Of a stretch of DNA of 64,000 nt, positions 25,616 to 34,364 are shown piece after piece. The translations under genes and the position numbers were made by a program. Each line of letters starts with the position of its first letter. Position 1 is the first letter of the stretch. Origin of the DNA: a virus. Where the stretch lies: positions 1 through 64,000 of IMG/VR virus record IMGVR_UViG_3300045988_123515; one strand, written 5' to 3'. Below the pieces are notes generated by a model. The model was not told the DNA's origin. It did no database searches and saw nothing but the letters and a program-made list of their open reading frames with translations.

Positions 25616-26650
25616 ATGCCATTTAATATTTTAGAATCAATCACCCAAGAAGAAAGACTTAACTTTTCTCAGGATTTCAGCGTTAAAAGACCAGGTATCC
25701 TTGATACTATTTTCCCGGATACAAAAACACAGTACTTGAAAGCAGAGTATTACAGGCTTATGGCTGGACAGAATCTGCCAGAGGTTGCATTCGTCCACGC
25801 TCTTGATAGCGAAGCAGAAATCGGCACAAGACCTGGATTTGAAAAAGTCCTGACTGAAAAGCTTTTTATTAAGAGAAAAATCAATCAGTCCGAAAACTTA
25901 CGGCAGGCAATTGAAAACGGTGTGCCGGATAATGAAGCGCTGAAAAACTTTGTATTTGATGATGCAGCCAGACTGTTCGAGGGCGTTGTTACAAGAGCAA
26001 ATGTTATGAAAGGACAGTTCCTTTCCACCGGCGCTGTAACAATCAAAGAGAACCATGTTGACATGGGAATTGACTATGGCGTTCCAGCAAGTGCAAAAGT
26101 AACGCTTACTGATTGGTCTGCACCAGATGCAGATATCATGGGCGATATCCAGAAAATGGTAGCTGTAGCAGAAGGCAATGGTTATGTAGTGAACAAGGCT
26201 GTTACTTCTCTTAAAATGATTAACTACATGCGGAACAACACTGCAATGCAGACAGCTGTTCTGGGTGCTGCAAATAAAAGGCTTCTCACAAAGCAGGAGC
26301 TTGCCAATCTGCTTATGCAGGAATATGAAATCACAATTGATCGTTGTGATGAGAACTTTAATTTCAGAAAAGCAGATGGAACCCTGAAAACAGCCAGATA
26401 CTTCAAAGAGGATGTATTTACTCTGTATGAAGCAGATGCTAACGGTTCTTTCGGTGTTGGCCTCTGGGGTGTGACACCTGAGGAACTTGAATACAGACAG
26501 TTTATCCAGGAAGAGAACCGTTCTTTCGTAACCCTTTCCATGTGGGCTACGCAGGATCCGGTTGCAGTATGGACAAAAGCATCCGGTATGTTCGTTCCAG
26601 TTGTGCCGAAAGCTAATGGCGGTATCGTAATCGGTACAAAGGGGGAATAA
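25616..26650 (+). CDS. major capsid protein
   Basis: 344 aa, positioned after the scaffold gene. Resembles the phage major capsid protein E-like family. The large antisense ORF 25898..26806 is a shadow. Confidence 0.8.
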   Translation: MPFNILESITQEERLNFSQDFSVKRPGILDTIFPDTKTQYLKAEYYRLMAGQNLPEVAFVHALDSEAEIGTRPGFEKVLTEKLFIKRKINQSENLRQAIENGVPDNEALKNFVFDDAARLFEGVVTRANVMKGQFLSTGAVTIKENHVDMGIDYGVPASAKVTLTDWSAPDADIMGDIQKMVAVAEGNGYVVNKAVTSLKMINYMRNNTAMQTAVLGAANKRLLTKQELANLLMQEYEITIDRCDENFNFRKADGTLKTARYFKEDVFTLYEADANGSFGVGLWGVTPEELEYRQFIQEENRSFVTLSMWATQDPVAVWTKASGMFVPVVPKANGGIVIGTKGE

Positions 26651-26850
26651 ACGGGCATAGTCTTGATGAGAACAGCCAGTCACCAACTGTAGCAAGTGTT
26701 GATGATACATCAAAACATAAATATACAGAAAGCGAGCTGTCCAGTATGACTGTACCACAGTTAAGACAGCTTGCAAGTGACAATGGCTATGCCCTGACAG
26801 CAACAAACAAGGCTGGAATAATCTCAGAGATCTTATCTCAGCAAGGGTAG
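26641..26850 (+). CDS. -1 frame extension of capsid ORF (69 codons) carrying a Rho_N/SAP-like motif
   Basis: This frame has no ATG/GTG/TTG start before Met 26746, yet it is open from inside the capsid gene. The slip heptamer A_AAG_GGG (26638-26644) lies in the correct zero-frame register, 1 codon before the stop. The frame encodes ..YTESELSSMTVPQLRQLASDNGYALTATNKAGIISEILSQQG. Confidence 0.45.
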   Translation, partial: GGINGHSLDENSQSPTVASVDDTSKHKYTESELSSMTVPQLRQLASDNGYALTATNKAGIISEILSQQG

Positions 26851-26858
26851 GTGAGTAA

Positions 26859-27179
26859 ATGGACGAACAGCTTGTAGAAGATTTAAAGAACTATATTGAT
26901 AACGACATTGAAACAGCAAGAATGATTCCACTGTCTGCAAAAAGGGCAGTTCGTTCATTTAAAAAGAAGCGAAACTACCCGTCAGGATACACAGAAGAGC
27001 AAATAAACAGCGATATGGAGAAATGCTATGATTGTATTTTTGATTTGGCTCTTTACTTTCTAGTAAAGCAGGGGGCTGAATTTCAAGGTTCTCACTCTGA
27101 AAACTCTGTTAGTAGAAATTGGGATTCAGAGACCGAAATCTATGTCAATCATGGTGTTTTTCCCTTTGCTGGATTTTAA
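26859..27179 (+). CDS. head-tail connector (gp6-like, putative)
   Basis: 106 aa, positioned after the capsid gene, with an N-terminal LVEDLKNYI pattern. Confidence 0.4.
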   Translation: MDEQLVEDLKNYIDNDIETARMIPLSAKRAVRSFKKKRNYPSGYTEEQINSDMEKCYDCIFDLALYFLVKQGAEFQGSHSENSVSRNWDSETEIYVNHGVFPFAGF

Positions 27180-27281
27180 AGATGGTAGCGTGCGTGCTAT
27201 ATTGCCTCCCGTATGGCGCAGGGATGCTTTAAAAAGGTGGGTAAAAGCATAACATTATCAAGGGAGAGAAAGGTATTCAGT

Positions 27282-27593
27282 GTGGGATGTGAACACGATT
27301 GCTTTAATGAACACCGATTAGCAGAACTTGAAAAAGAATTTCATGAAATTCAAGAGAAGCAATCGGAAAGACATAGAGAATTTTATAACCGCATTGGTTT
27401 GCTGGAACAAAAGACAGCATTATACAGCAATGACCTGAATCATATTAAAGATACCGTAGATGAAATGAATAATAATTTAAAGTCACTTATGGAAAAACCT
27501 GGTAAAAGATGGGACGCTGTTGTGATCTATATTATTACGGCTATTATCGGAATCATTGTAGGATTCGCTCTGAAAGGAGTTTTTCCAATGTAA
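27282..27593 (+). CDS. XhlA-like membrane protein
   Basis: GTG start after AGGGAGAGAAAGG. Coiled coil plus a C-terminal TM segment (WDAVVIYIITAIIGIIVGFAL), as in PBSX XhlA. The track ORF starts at 27213. Confidence 0.5.
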   Translation: MGCEHDCFNEHRLAELEKEFHEIQEKQSERHREFYNRIGLLEQKTALYSNDLNHIKDTVDEMNNNLKSLMEKPGKRWDAVVIYIITAIIGIIVGFALKGVFPM

Positions 27594-27621
27594 TATTAGT
27601 TCCACTAGGGAGGACGGTGGA

Positions 27622-27879
27622 ATGGACAATTATAAAGATTTCACAGAAGACGAAAGAATCTTTTATTTGATTGAGGCTGGATTTGATTCCAGGGAGAAAC
27701 AGTTATTCCGATTGCGTGTCTACGAAGAAAAAACGCTTGCAGAAGCATCTGAAATAATGGGGTATAGTCCAAGAACCGTAGACCGCATTAATCAAAAATT
27801 AAAGAAAAAGATTGTTAAAGTTGCCCCGATGTATTATCGGGGCTTTTCTTTGTATTGTGGCGAAAATACGGCGAAATAG
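27622..27879 (+). CDS. small sigma-70 region-4-like HTH protein
   Basis: REKQLFRLRVYEEKTLAEASEIMGYSPRTVDRINQKLKKKI. Confidence 0.5.
   Translation: MDNYKDFTEDERIFYLIEAGFDSREKQLFRLRVYEEKTLAEASEIMGYSPRTVDRINQKLKKKIVKVAPMYYRGFSLYCGENTAK
27823..27851 (+). terminator. intrinsic terminator (inside 3' end of ORF 27622)
   Basis: GCCCCGAT-GTATT-ATCGGGGC followed by TTTTCTTT. Confidence 0.65.
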
Positions 27880-27958
27880 TGACGTTTAAATACAATGCCT
27901 TTCTTATTATAATATAATCAAGACGAAAGAATCTTGTAATATAATTGGAGGAATGCAT

Positions 27959-28465
27959 ATGGCAGGTTATCCGTATTACCCACAACAACCGATGATAAAT
28001 AATGCATATGGGCAGATACAGCCATATCAAGACAGGCTAGCCCAATTGCAAAGCAATTACCAACAGACAATGCCATACGGACAAATGCAAATGCAACAGG
28101 CAATGCAACAAATGCCACAAGTCCCAATGATACAGGGGCAAATGGTTGATGGCGTTGATACTGTAAAAGCAAAAGATGTAGATATGTCCGGCAATCCTGT
28201 TTACTATCCAAAGACAGATGGGACAGAAATTTATAAAAAACAGCTTCAATCCGATGGAAGAAGTAGAATCTTTGTTTACCGACTTGTGAATCCAGACGAA
28301 CAGCAACCAAAGCAAGAAGAAAAACAAATTGATTTTGAAGCAATGTTCAATCAGCTTCGGAACGATGTTTGTTCTGAGATTTCCGGAATAAAAGATTTGC
28401 TACCGACACAAATGTCGGTCACAAATGATTCCCCAAGACAGCAGAACGGAGGTAAGCAGAAATGA
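27959..28465 (+). CDS. Gln/Pro/Tyr-rich protein
   Basis: GGAGGA RBS. The N-terminal 65 aa are about half Q/P/M/Y (YPYYPQQP..MQMQQAMQQMPQVPMIQGQ). A globular segment follows. Confidence 0.55.
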   Translation: MAGYPYYPQQPMINNAYGQIQPYQDRLAQLQSNYQQTMPYGQMQMQQAMQQMPQVPMIQGQMVDGVDTVKAKDVDMSGNPVYYPKTDGTEIYKKQLQSDGRSRIFVYRLVNPDEQQPKQEEKQIDFEAMFNQLRNDVCSEISGIKDLLPTQMSVTNDSPRQQNGGKQK

Positions 28466-28707
28466 ATTTCAATCCCAATGCCATTATGAAAAAACAATTT
28501 GAAAAAATGATTTCTCAGAGGTTCGGAAGTGTTGATAACATGATGAACGATATGAGCAAATTTGCAGGTAACAATCCAACATTAAAGAATGCTTTGGATT
28601 TATACAAGAAAGGTGATGCAGACCAATTACATCAAATACAGCAAAATGTATTTAATGAAAAACACTTATCACCAGATGGAATTATCCAGAAATTCCTTGG
28701 ATTATAA
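28462..28707 (+). CDS. hypothetical protein
   Basis: ORF track; ATGA overlap with the upstream gene. Confidence 0.5.
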   Translation: MNFNPNAIMKKQFEKMISQRFGSVDNMMNDMSKFAGNNPTLKNALDLYKKGDADQLHQIQQNVFNEKHLSPDGIIQKFLGL

Positions 28708-28803
28708 CATTTCCCCATAATTGGGTGATTCATAATCGCTACAATTAGGGATGGCAGCCGCGGATGTCTCCTATTGTAAATAAAATTTAAGGAGACTAAA
28801 AAC

Positions 28804-29613
28804 ATGATGAATGGTTCTAATTACAGTCTTAGCGACATTGCCGCCGCTACAGGCTCTAATAACCGCGCCAATGACATGTGGGGCGGTGATGGCTTTTCCC
28901 TTATCTGGCTTGTCCTGATCTTTGCTATCTTCGGATGGGGAGGATTTGGTGGCTGGGGCGGCGGCTTCGGTGGTAACGGTGGAAACGGCACAAATGGTGC
29001 AGGTTTCCAAGGATGGGCAACCCGTTCAGATATTAGCGAGAGTTTTGCACTTAATGATATTCAGAACGGTATCAGAGGCATTCAGCAGGGTATCTGCGAT
29101 AGCACATATGCTCTCAACAATACCATGCAAAGTGGTTTTAATGGCGTGAATGTTGGAATGCTTCAGGGCTTCAACGGCATTCAGCAGGCAATTAATGCCG
29201 ATACTGTAGCTGGTATGCAGAACACAAATGCATTGCAGTCTCAGTTAGCAAGCTGTTGCTGTGAAACAAGAGAAGCTATCCAGGGCATCAACTACAACCT
29301 TGCTACCAACACTTGTGCTCTCCAGAACACAATGAATAACAACACCAGAGACCTCATCGAAAATCAGAACAGTAATGCTAGAGCACTGTTAGATTTTATG
29401 GTAAATGATAAGATTGCAACATTACAGGCAGAGAACTCTGATCTGAAACGTGCTGCATCTCAGGATCGCCAGTCCGCACTGCTTACAACTGCTATGGCTT
29501 CACAGACACAGCAGTTGATCAATGCAATTAATCCAGCGGCTGTTCCGGCATATGTTGTTCCTAATCCAAACACCTATTATGGTGGATGTGGATGCAACAG
29601 TGGTTGTTGCTAA
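28804..29613 (+). CDS. single-pass membrane protein with Gly/Trp-rich tract, Q/N-rich repeats and Cys-rich C-terminus
   Basis: TM segment FSLIWLVLIFAIFGW, then GGFGGWGGGFGGNGGNGTNG. Repeated ..ALxNTM.. motifs. Ends YYGGCGCNSGCC. AAGGAGA RBS. Confidence 0.6.
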   Translation: MMNGSNYSLSDIAAATGSNNRANDMWGGDGFSLIWLVLIFAIFGWGGFGGWGGGFGGNGGNGTNGAGFQGWATRSDISESFALNDIQNGIRGIQQGICDSTYALNNTMQSGFNGVNVGMLQGFNGIQQAINADTVAGMQNTNALQSQLASCCCETREAIQGINYNLATNTCALQNTMNNNTRDLIENQNSNARALLDFMVNDKIATLQAENSDLKRAASQDRQSALLTTAMASQTQQLINAINPAAVPAYVVPNPNTYYGGCGCNSGCC

Positions 29614-29644
29614 GTAACTCACCCTTAGAGGTTGACTAAATTCT

Positions 29645-29674
29645 AAGAGGTGGGTTGCGGCTCACCTCTTATTT
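29645..29674 (+). terminator. hairpin terminator (weak T-run)
   Basis: AAGAGGTG/CACCTCTT followed by ATTTG. Confidence 0.4.
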
Positions 29675-29691
29675 GATTGAGAGGTAGAAAT

Positions 29692-30117
29692 ATGAGTTGT
29701 AAAAATGTTTGTAAGCTCTGCAACCATCTTGTGATAAGCCAGTCTGTATCGTTTACTGGGGGCAATCTTGTGGTTACACTCCCCGCAGGCAGTTATTCCA
29801 ATGGAGAAAGGTATTGCATTGTGATCGCACAAAGTATACCAGAAGCCACCACAATCACTGCCCCGGTAATGATTCAGATAGGAACAGGAACAACTTTATA
29901 TCCGCTAGAGAATCGTTGCTGTGCACAGGTTACAGCTTGTGGCGTAAGAACCAGAACAAAGTACGCAACCAGAGTAGCTACAAGTGCAACTGGTGGAGTA
30001 TTCAAGATGTTAGGAAATCCGGCTTGTAGTCCGAGTAACAATTTGACAGCAATTAATGGTACAGCCCCAACGACAGACACACCTGTTACACAGGCTGTTA
30101 GAAAGGGGGCAATGTAA
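29692..30117 (+). CDS. Cys-rich hypothetical protein
   Basis: Met 29692 follows GAGAGGTAG. Contains MSCKNVCKLCNH.., RCCAQVTACG and ACSPS. Confidence 0.55.
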   Translation: MSCKNVCKLCNHLVISQSVSFTGGNLVVTLPAGSYSNGERYCIVIAQSIPEATTITAPVMIQIGTGTTLYPLENRCCAQVTACGVRTRTKYATRVATSATGGVFKMLGNPACSPSNNLTAINGTAPTTDTPVTQAVRKGAM

Positions 30118-30743
30118 TGCATAAAGTTGCAATGGAAATGGGGAAATGGGCCATGGAAAAAGCCAAGGCACATGGCTTCGACAATCTCAGTGCTCAAGAC
30201 TGGGACGATCTGAAAGACTGTATGGAATCCGTAAAGTGTGCGATTTGTGCAGATAAGGATTACAGAATCGTAGAAGCTATGGACGAATGCGAACAGGAAG
30301 AAAAGTATCTTGGACGCATGGGATATGACAGGTATCGTTACGCAAACGGCAGGTTTGCCCCAAAAGGCAGAGGAAGCCGTATGGGATATAAACCATATCT
30401 GTATATGGAAGATGATGACTGGATGGAAGAATATCTGAACAATCCAGAATATGAACGTAACATGTACCGCATGGGATATCATCCAGACCGTAGTGATATG
30501 AAAATGGATGGAATGAACCATAAGCAGTCCAGATATGGCGAAACCTACGACAGATACAGTGAAAATCGCAGACATTATCGAGATTCCAAAGATGCTGAAT
30601 CAAAGAGAAAAATGGATGATTCCATGAAAGAGTATACAGAAGATATTATTCGTAATATGAAAGAAATGTGGGATGATGCAGACGCATCAATCAGACAGCA
30701 GATGAAAACTGACTTGACACGTTTCATTCAGCAGATGAATTAA
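30117..30743 (+). CDS. Tyr/Met/Asp-rich protein with three RMGY repeats
   Basis: TAATG overlap with the upstream gene. Repeats are GRMGYDRYRY, SRMGYKPYLY and YRMGYHPDRS. Confidence 0.55.
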   Translation: MHKVAMEMGKWAMEKAKAHGFDNLSAQDWDDLKDCMESVKCAICADKDYRIVEAMDECEQEEKYLGRMGYDRYRYANGRFAPKGRGSRMGYKPYLYMEDDDWMEEYLNNPEYERNMYRMGYHPDRSDMKMDGMNHKQSRYGETYDRYSENRRHYRDSKDAESKRKMDDSMKEYTEDIIRNMKEMWDDADASIRQQMKTDLTRFIQQMN

Positions 30744-30758
30744 AATAAGAATTAAATT

Positions 30759-30797
30759 AAGTCCTTGTTACAGAAATGTGGCAGGGACTTTTTATTT
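30759..30797 (+). terminator. intrinsic terminator
   Basis: AAGTCCTTG..CAGGGACTT followed by TTTTATTT. Confidence 0.6.
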
Positions 30798-30821
30798 GAG
30801 AAAAAAGGATGGTGATAAACC

Positions 30822-31208
30822 ATGCTAAGACAATTTTATATGAACGGGGATTTATGGCAAGTCCGCTTTGTTTCACCTCATGCCGATGTTCTGATTGATC
30901 GTACAGGCAATAGAACACTTGGAGTATCGGATTATTCCACCCATATTATTTCAATTGCAAATAACCTTCACGGAGAGCTTCTGAACCGTGTGTTTATTCA
31001 TGAGTTAGGGCATTGCGTGATGTTCAGTTATGGTTTGTTGCCAGAACTCCACCGCATGGTCAAGAAGCGGTATTGGGTGGATGCAGAGGAATTTGTGTGC
31101 AATATGCTTGCCGATTACGGATGCTTTGTAATTGGCGTTGCAAAAGATATTTTAGGAAACCGATTTACATATGTAGCTCCTATTGGGGCAGAAAGGATGA
31201 TTGCATAG
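30822..31208 (+). CDS. putative Zn-metallopeptidase (HExxH)
   Basis: FIHELGHCVMF motif in a 128-aa protein. Confidence 0.5.
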   Translation: MLRQFYMNGDLWQVRFVSPHADVLIDRTGNRTLGVSDYSTHIISIANNLHGELLNRVFIHELGHCVMFSYGLLPELHRMVKKRYWVDAEEFVCNMLADYGCFVIGVAKDILGNRFTYVAPIGAERMIA

Positions 31209-32159
31209 ATGGCAAAAGCAGAAAACACAGTTATTATTGATGGTCAGAAATACAATCCAGGTGATACACTTCCAGACTTCAAAAGTATCACATGCGTTGA
31301 TACGAGAGAACCAAGAAAATATCAGGGATTATCCACGGATCTTTCTGTCCTGAATAATGTTATTGCAAAATACGCTTCGGGCGGGGCATCCTGTTTTATG
31401 TCCGATACGGGAGAATACTATGAGTATGACCGTGAAGAAAAGACATGGAAACTTATCACCAATATTACAGAGCGTGGATTTGATTCTGAAAAAGCATATG
31501 GTGCTTTAAAACATATGTTTGAAAATGTTGTAAGTGATGATAAGATAAAGAGTGCTGTCACGGATTATTTGACATTAAACCCGGTGCTTTCTGGAGCCAC
31601 GGCAGAACAGGCACAGCAGATCGAGCAGAATAAGACTGATGTTGCTTCACTGAAAGAGGAAACTGGTTCACTAAAGGAAGATTTAGGTGATTTAGATGGC
31701 GCAGTCTTTAATGTAATACAAGAACCTAAAGATTGTACATCTGATGCTACTATTCTATCTGATAAATTTGCGTGTATGTTTACAGGTACAGATAAGAGGC
31801 TCTTGCTTTCCATAAATGATGGGAAAGACATCTGTGATTGTTATGTAATCTCTGTAAATGAGAATGACAAATTCCAAGTAAAAGGGCGTGTTTTTAATGA
31901 TAATCTATATTATCCACTGATAGTAATGTCGAGTGCTTCTTTTTCTGATAATAGCATCGAACAAGGTTCACTTGTTACTGCTGAAAATGGAAATTATAAT
32001 TATTGGGGAACTGGAACCGAAACGGAAATTTATGAATTTGTAATTCCGAAAGGAGTAAAAACACTATTTGTAAATAAGTTTTCTAGCGGGTCTGAATTTT
32101 TGCTGAAAAAGTATGTTGATGTTAAAAAAGTAAAATCCCAACAAAAATTAGTGAGTTAG
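31209..32159 (+). CDS. fibre-like structural protein (putative)
   Basis: Central coiled-coil segment (AEQAQQIEQNKTDVASLKEETGSLKEDLGDL) followed by a beta-rich C-terminal domain. Confidence 0.4.
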   Translation: MAKAENTVIIDGQKYNPGDTLPDFKSITCVDTREPRKYQGLSTDLSVLNNVIAKYASGGASCFMSDTGEYYEYDREEKTWKLITNITERGFDSEKAYGALKHMFENVVSDDKIKSAVTDYLTLNPVLSGATAEQAQQIEQNKTDVASLKEETGSLKEDLGDLDGAVFNVIQEPKDCTSDATILSDKFACMFTGTDKRLLLSINDGKDICDCYVISVNENDKFQVKGRVFNDNLYYPLIVMSSASFSDNSIEQGSLVTAENGNYNYWGTGTETEIYEFVIPKGVKTLFVNKFSSGSEFLLKKYVDVKKVKSQQKLVS

Positions 32160-32188
32160 AAAACGACACTCTTTTTCTTAGCAACGAA

Positions 32189-33433
32189 ATGTATGCCCCT
32201 GAGTACAATATTTATACTGGGCAAATAAGAGGCTCAGACGATTATTTGCCTGTTTATGATGTAAAAGATGATGGTGCATATCAGGTTACTGAGATGATAC
32301 CTGTATCAAAAGGGGATAAGATATATTACAGCGGTAATTTCTATTCATTCCCAGCAGTAGCTCTTTATGATGAATTAGGAACATTTGTGTCTGATTTGTC
32401 TAAAAATCTTAAAATATATACTACATATAATGACATGGAAGTTGGAGAAGTAACACATGATGGCTTTGTGGCGGCTTATTCATACAAGCAAATTGGTGGA
32501 AATAATGTAAAACTGGCTCTAAATGTGTATGGGAACAAAGCCAAAAACGAAGTAAAAAGTTGTTATAGGATGAACTACTTATATGTGGCAACCACTGGAA
32601 ATGATGAATCAGGAGATGGAAGTGCAAGTAATCCATTCTCAAGCATTTACCATGCTAATGAAATTATCCATTCAAACTCTCCCAGAAATAGATTTACTAT
32701 CATTGTAAAAAATGGCACTTACACGGACTTACAAGAAAGATATTCAGGCATTGGTTCAAGTGGTGTTTATCAAGGAGTGAGAACAAAGCCCTATGTGTAT
32801 TATCAGAGCGAAACACCTGAAAGACCGGATTTGTGCGTAATCAAGTGGAATGGCGCAACTGGATTAACTACACCATGTGTTCTTTCAGACGTGAGCGAAA
32901 AAGCACCATTTCATGTGTGTGGTGAATTATTGCCATTCTGTATGCACACGAAAATTAGAGGCTTTACTTTTGACTGCAAAAATACAAGATATTCTGTGCA
33001 TATCGAAATGGCTGGTGCTACTTTGGAAAATGAATGGGCGTTTGAAAATTGCATTTTTAAATTTGAAGGTCGTCCAGATATAACAGATGATAGCAATAAA
33101 ACTGCACCCGTTGTTGGAATTGGAAGCGGATTTTCAGAGAACGGAATGTTTAGGAATTGTGTCTTTGAGAACCTACAAAAAGGATATAACCAAGCTATAA
33201 ATGTTCATGATAACGAGTTCATGCAACTTGATATTGCACCATACATGCTAAAAGGATTTACATATGTCATAGATGGATGCTTATTCAAATCGTGCAATTT
33301 GATTGAAATGGGTTCAATTCATCAAGCAGAAAATCATTATGATATTGATAACATATTATATCTTAAACAGTGTAGTGGTGTAGATACGGTCAACGCTAAT
33401 GAAAATATGAAATACAAATTTATTGACATCTAA
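32189..33433 (+). CDS. right-handed beta-helix (pectate-lyase/DUF1565-like) protein, possible depolymerase
   Basis: YVATTGNDESGDGSASNPFSSIYHANEII..IIVKNGTY matches the DUF1565/pectin-lyase-fold entry motif. By eye, the N-terminal domain resembles the C-terminus of the 31209 product. Confidence 0.5.
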   Translation: MYAPEYNIYTGQIRGSDDYLPVYDVKDDGAYQVTEMIPVSKGDKIYYSGNFYSFPAVALYDELGTFVSDLSKNLKIYTTYNDMEVGEVTHDGFVAAYSYKQIGGNNVKLALNVYGNKAKNEVKSCYRMNYLYVATTGNDESGDGSASNPFSSIYHANEIIHSNSPRNRFTIIVKNGTYTDLQERYSGIGSSGVYQGVRTKPYVYYQSETPERPDLCVIKWNGATGLTTPCVLSDVSEKAPFHVCGELLPFCMHTKIRGFTFDCKNTRYSVHIEMAGATLENEWAFENCIFKFEGRPDITDDSNKTAPVVGIGSGFSENGMFRNCVFENLQKGYNQAINVHDNEFMQLDIAPYMLKGFTYVIDGCLFKSCNLIEMGSIHQAENHYDIDNILYLKQCSGVDTVNANENMKYKFIDI

Positions 33434-33462
33434 TTAGCTAAAGAGGGGCTTGGAGGAAGCAT

Positions 33463-33855
33463 ATGAGAGGATTAAAACGTCAAAAGCAAACAATATACTG
33501 GTCTAGGATAGTCGAAGAACTTGACGGTATAGATACTAAACCAAAATATCAAAACCCAGAATTACACAAATTTTCCGTATCAGCAACAGCAGGGACAAGT
33601 GAAGAACTGGCATCGGGTTATGTGCCTGAATACGATAGGTACATCACAAGTTTTGATCGAAATTTTAATCCGCAGGAATCAGATGTTTTCTGGATTGATA
33701 AAATTCCAGAAATCAATGAGGATGGTTCTTTGGTTCTTGATGAATCCGGAAAGCCAACCGTTCCACCAGATTATGTTTTGGTTAAAATTATAAACAGCCA
33801 AAAGTCAAATGTGGCACGATACGGAATTTCAAAAATAGGTTCAGAAAATGGCTAG
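33463..33855 (+). CDS. head-tail joining protein (putative)
   Basis: Called on position and size only. Confidence 0.3.
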   Translation: MRGLKRQKQTIYWSRIVEELDGIDTKPKYQNPELHKFSVSATAGTSEELASGYVPEYDRYITSFDRNFNPQESDVFWIDKIPEINEDGSLVLDESGKPTVPPDYVLVKIINSQKSNVARYGISKIGSENG

Positions 33856-34363
33856 AAAAATTATTAAATGTAAGCTGAATGAAAAATCAATCCAGAGTGC
33901 AATTGATGAATTGAACAAGTATAAGGAAAACCTTATACGAAAGAACAAAATATTCGTTGATAAGCTTGCGGAAATTGGGTTGAATGTTGTACAAGTCACA
34001 ATGGAATCAATACCTGATGAGGAAAAAGGTTCTTATTATACCGAAACCATAAATAACAGTAGTGGCGATATAGTTGGTGTTGGTATTAGGCTTACAGGGG
34101 AAAATGTTCTTTTCATCGAGTTTTCGGCAGGTATTACTTATGGAACAGACACATATCCATTGCCCTCTGGCGAGCCGTATGGAGTTGGTACGTATCCTGG
34201 TCAAACACATGCTTATGACCCAAACGGATGGTGGTACATTGATAAAAGTGGACAGAAGCATCATTCCTATGGTAACAGGGCTTACATGCCTATGTATCAT
34301 GCAGAAGAAGCTATTGTTTTGGCTGTTCATTCGGTTGCAAAAGAAGTATTTTCTGGTTCGTAA
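33848..34363 (+). CDS. HK97 gp10-like tail/neck component (putative)
   Basis: N-terminal IQSAIDELNKYKENL..LAEIG pattern, plus position. Confidence 0.4.
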   Translation: MARKIIKCKLNEKSIQSAIDELNKYKENLIRKNKIFVDKLAEIGLNVVQVTMESIPDEEKGSYYTETINNSSGDIVGVGIRLTGENVLFIEFSAGITYGTDTYPLPSGEPYGVGTYPGQTHAYDPNGWWYIDKSGQKHHSYGNRAYMPMYHAEEAIVLAVHSVAKEVFSGS

Positions 34364-34364
34364 A

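Noticed and set aside
25898-26806. 302-aa antisense ORF (and 26224..26658) opposite the major capsid gene
   Set aside because: It lies entirely within a well-supported + strand capsid gene. The product is Cys/His/Phe-rich and low-complexity, and there is no RBS. This is a typical shadow ORF.
29874-30575. 233-aa antisense ORF across genes 29692 and 30117
   Set aside because: It spans two + strand genes and their junction. The translation is hydrophobic and low-complexity. The + strand genes have RBSs, translational coupling and a terminator.
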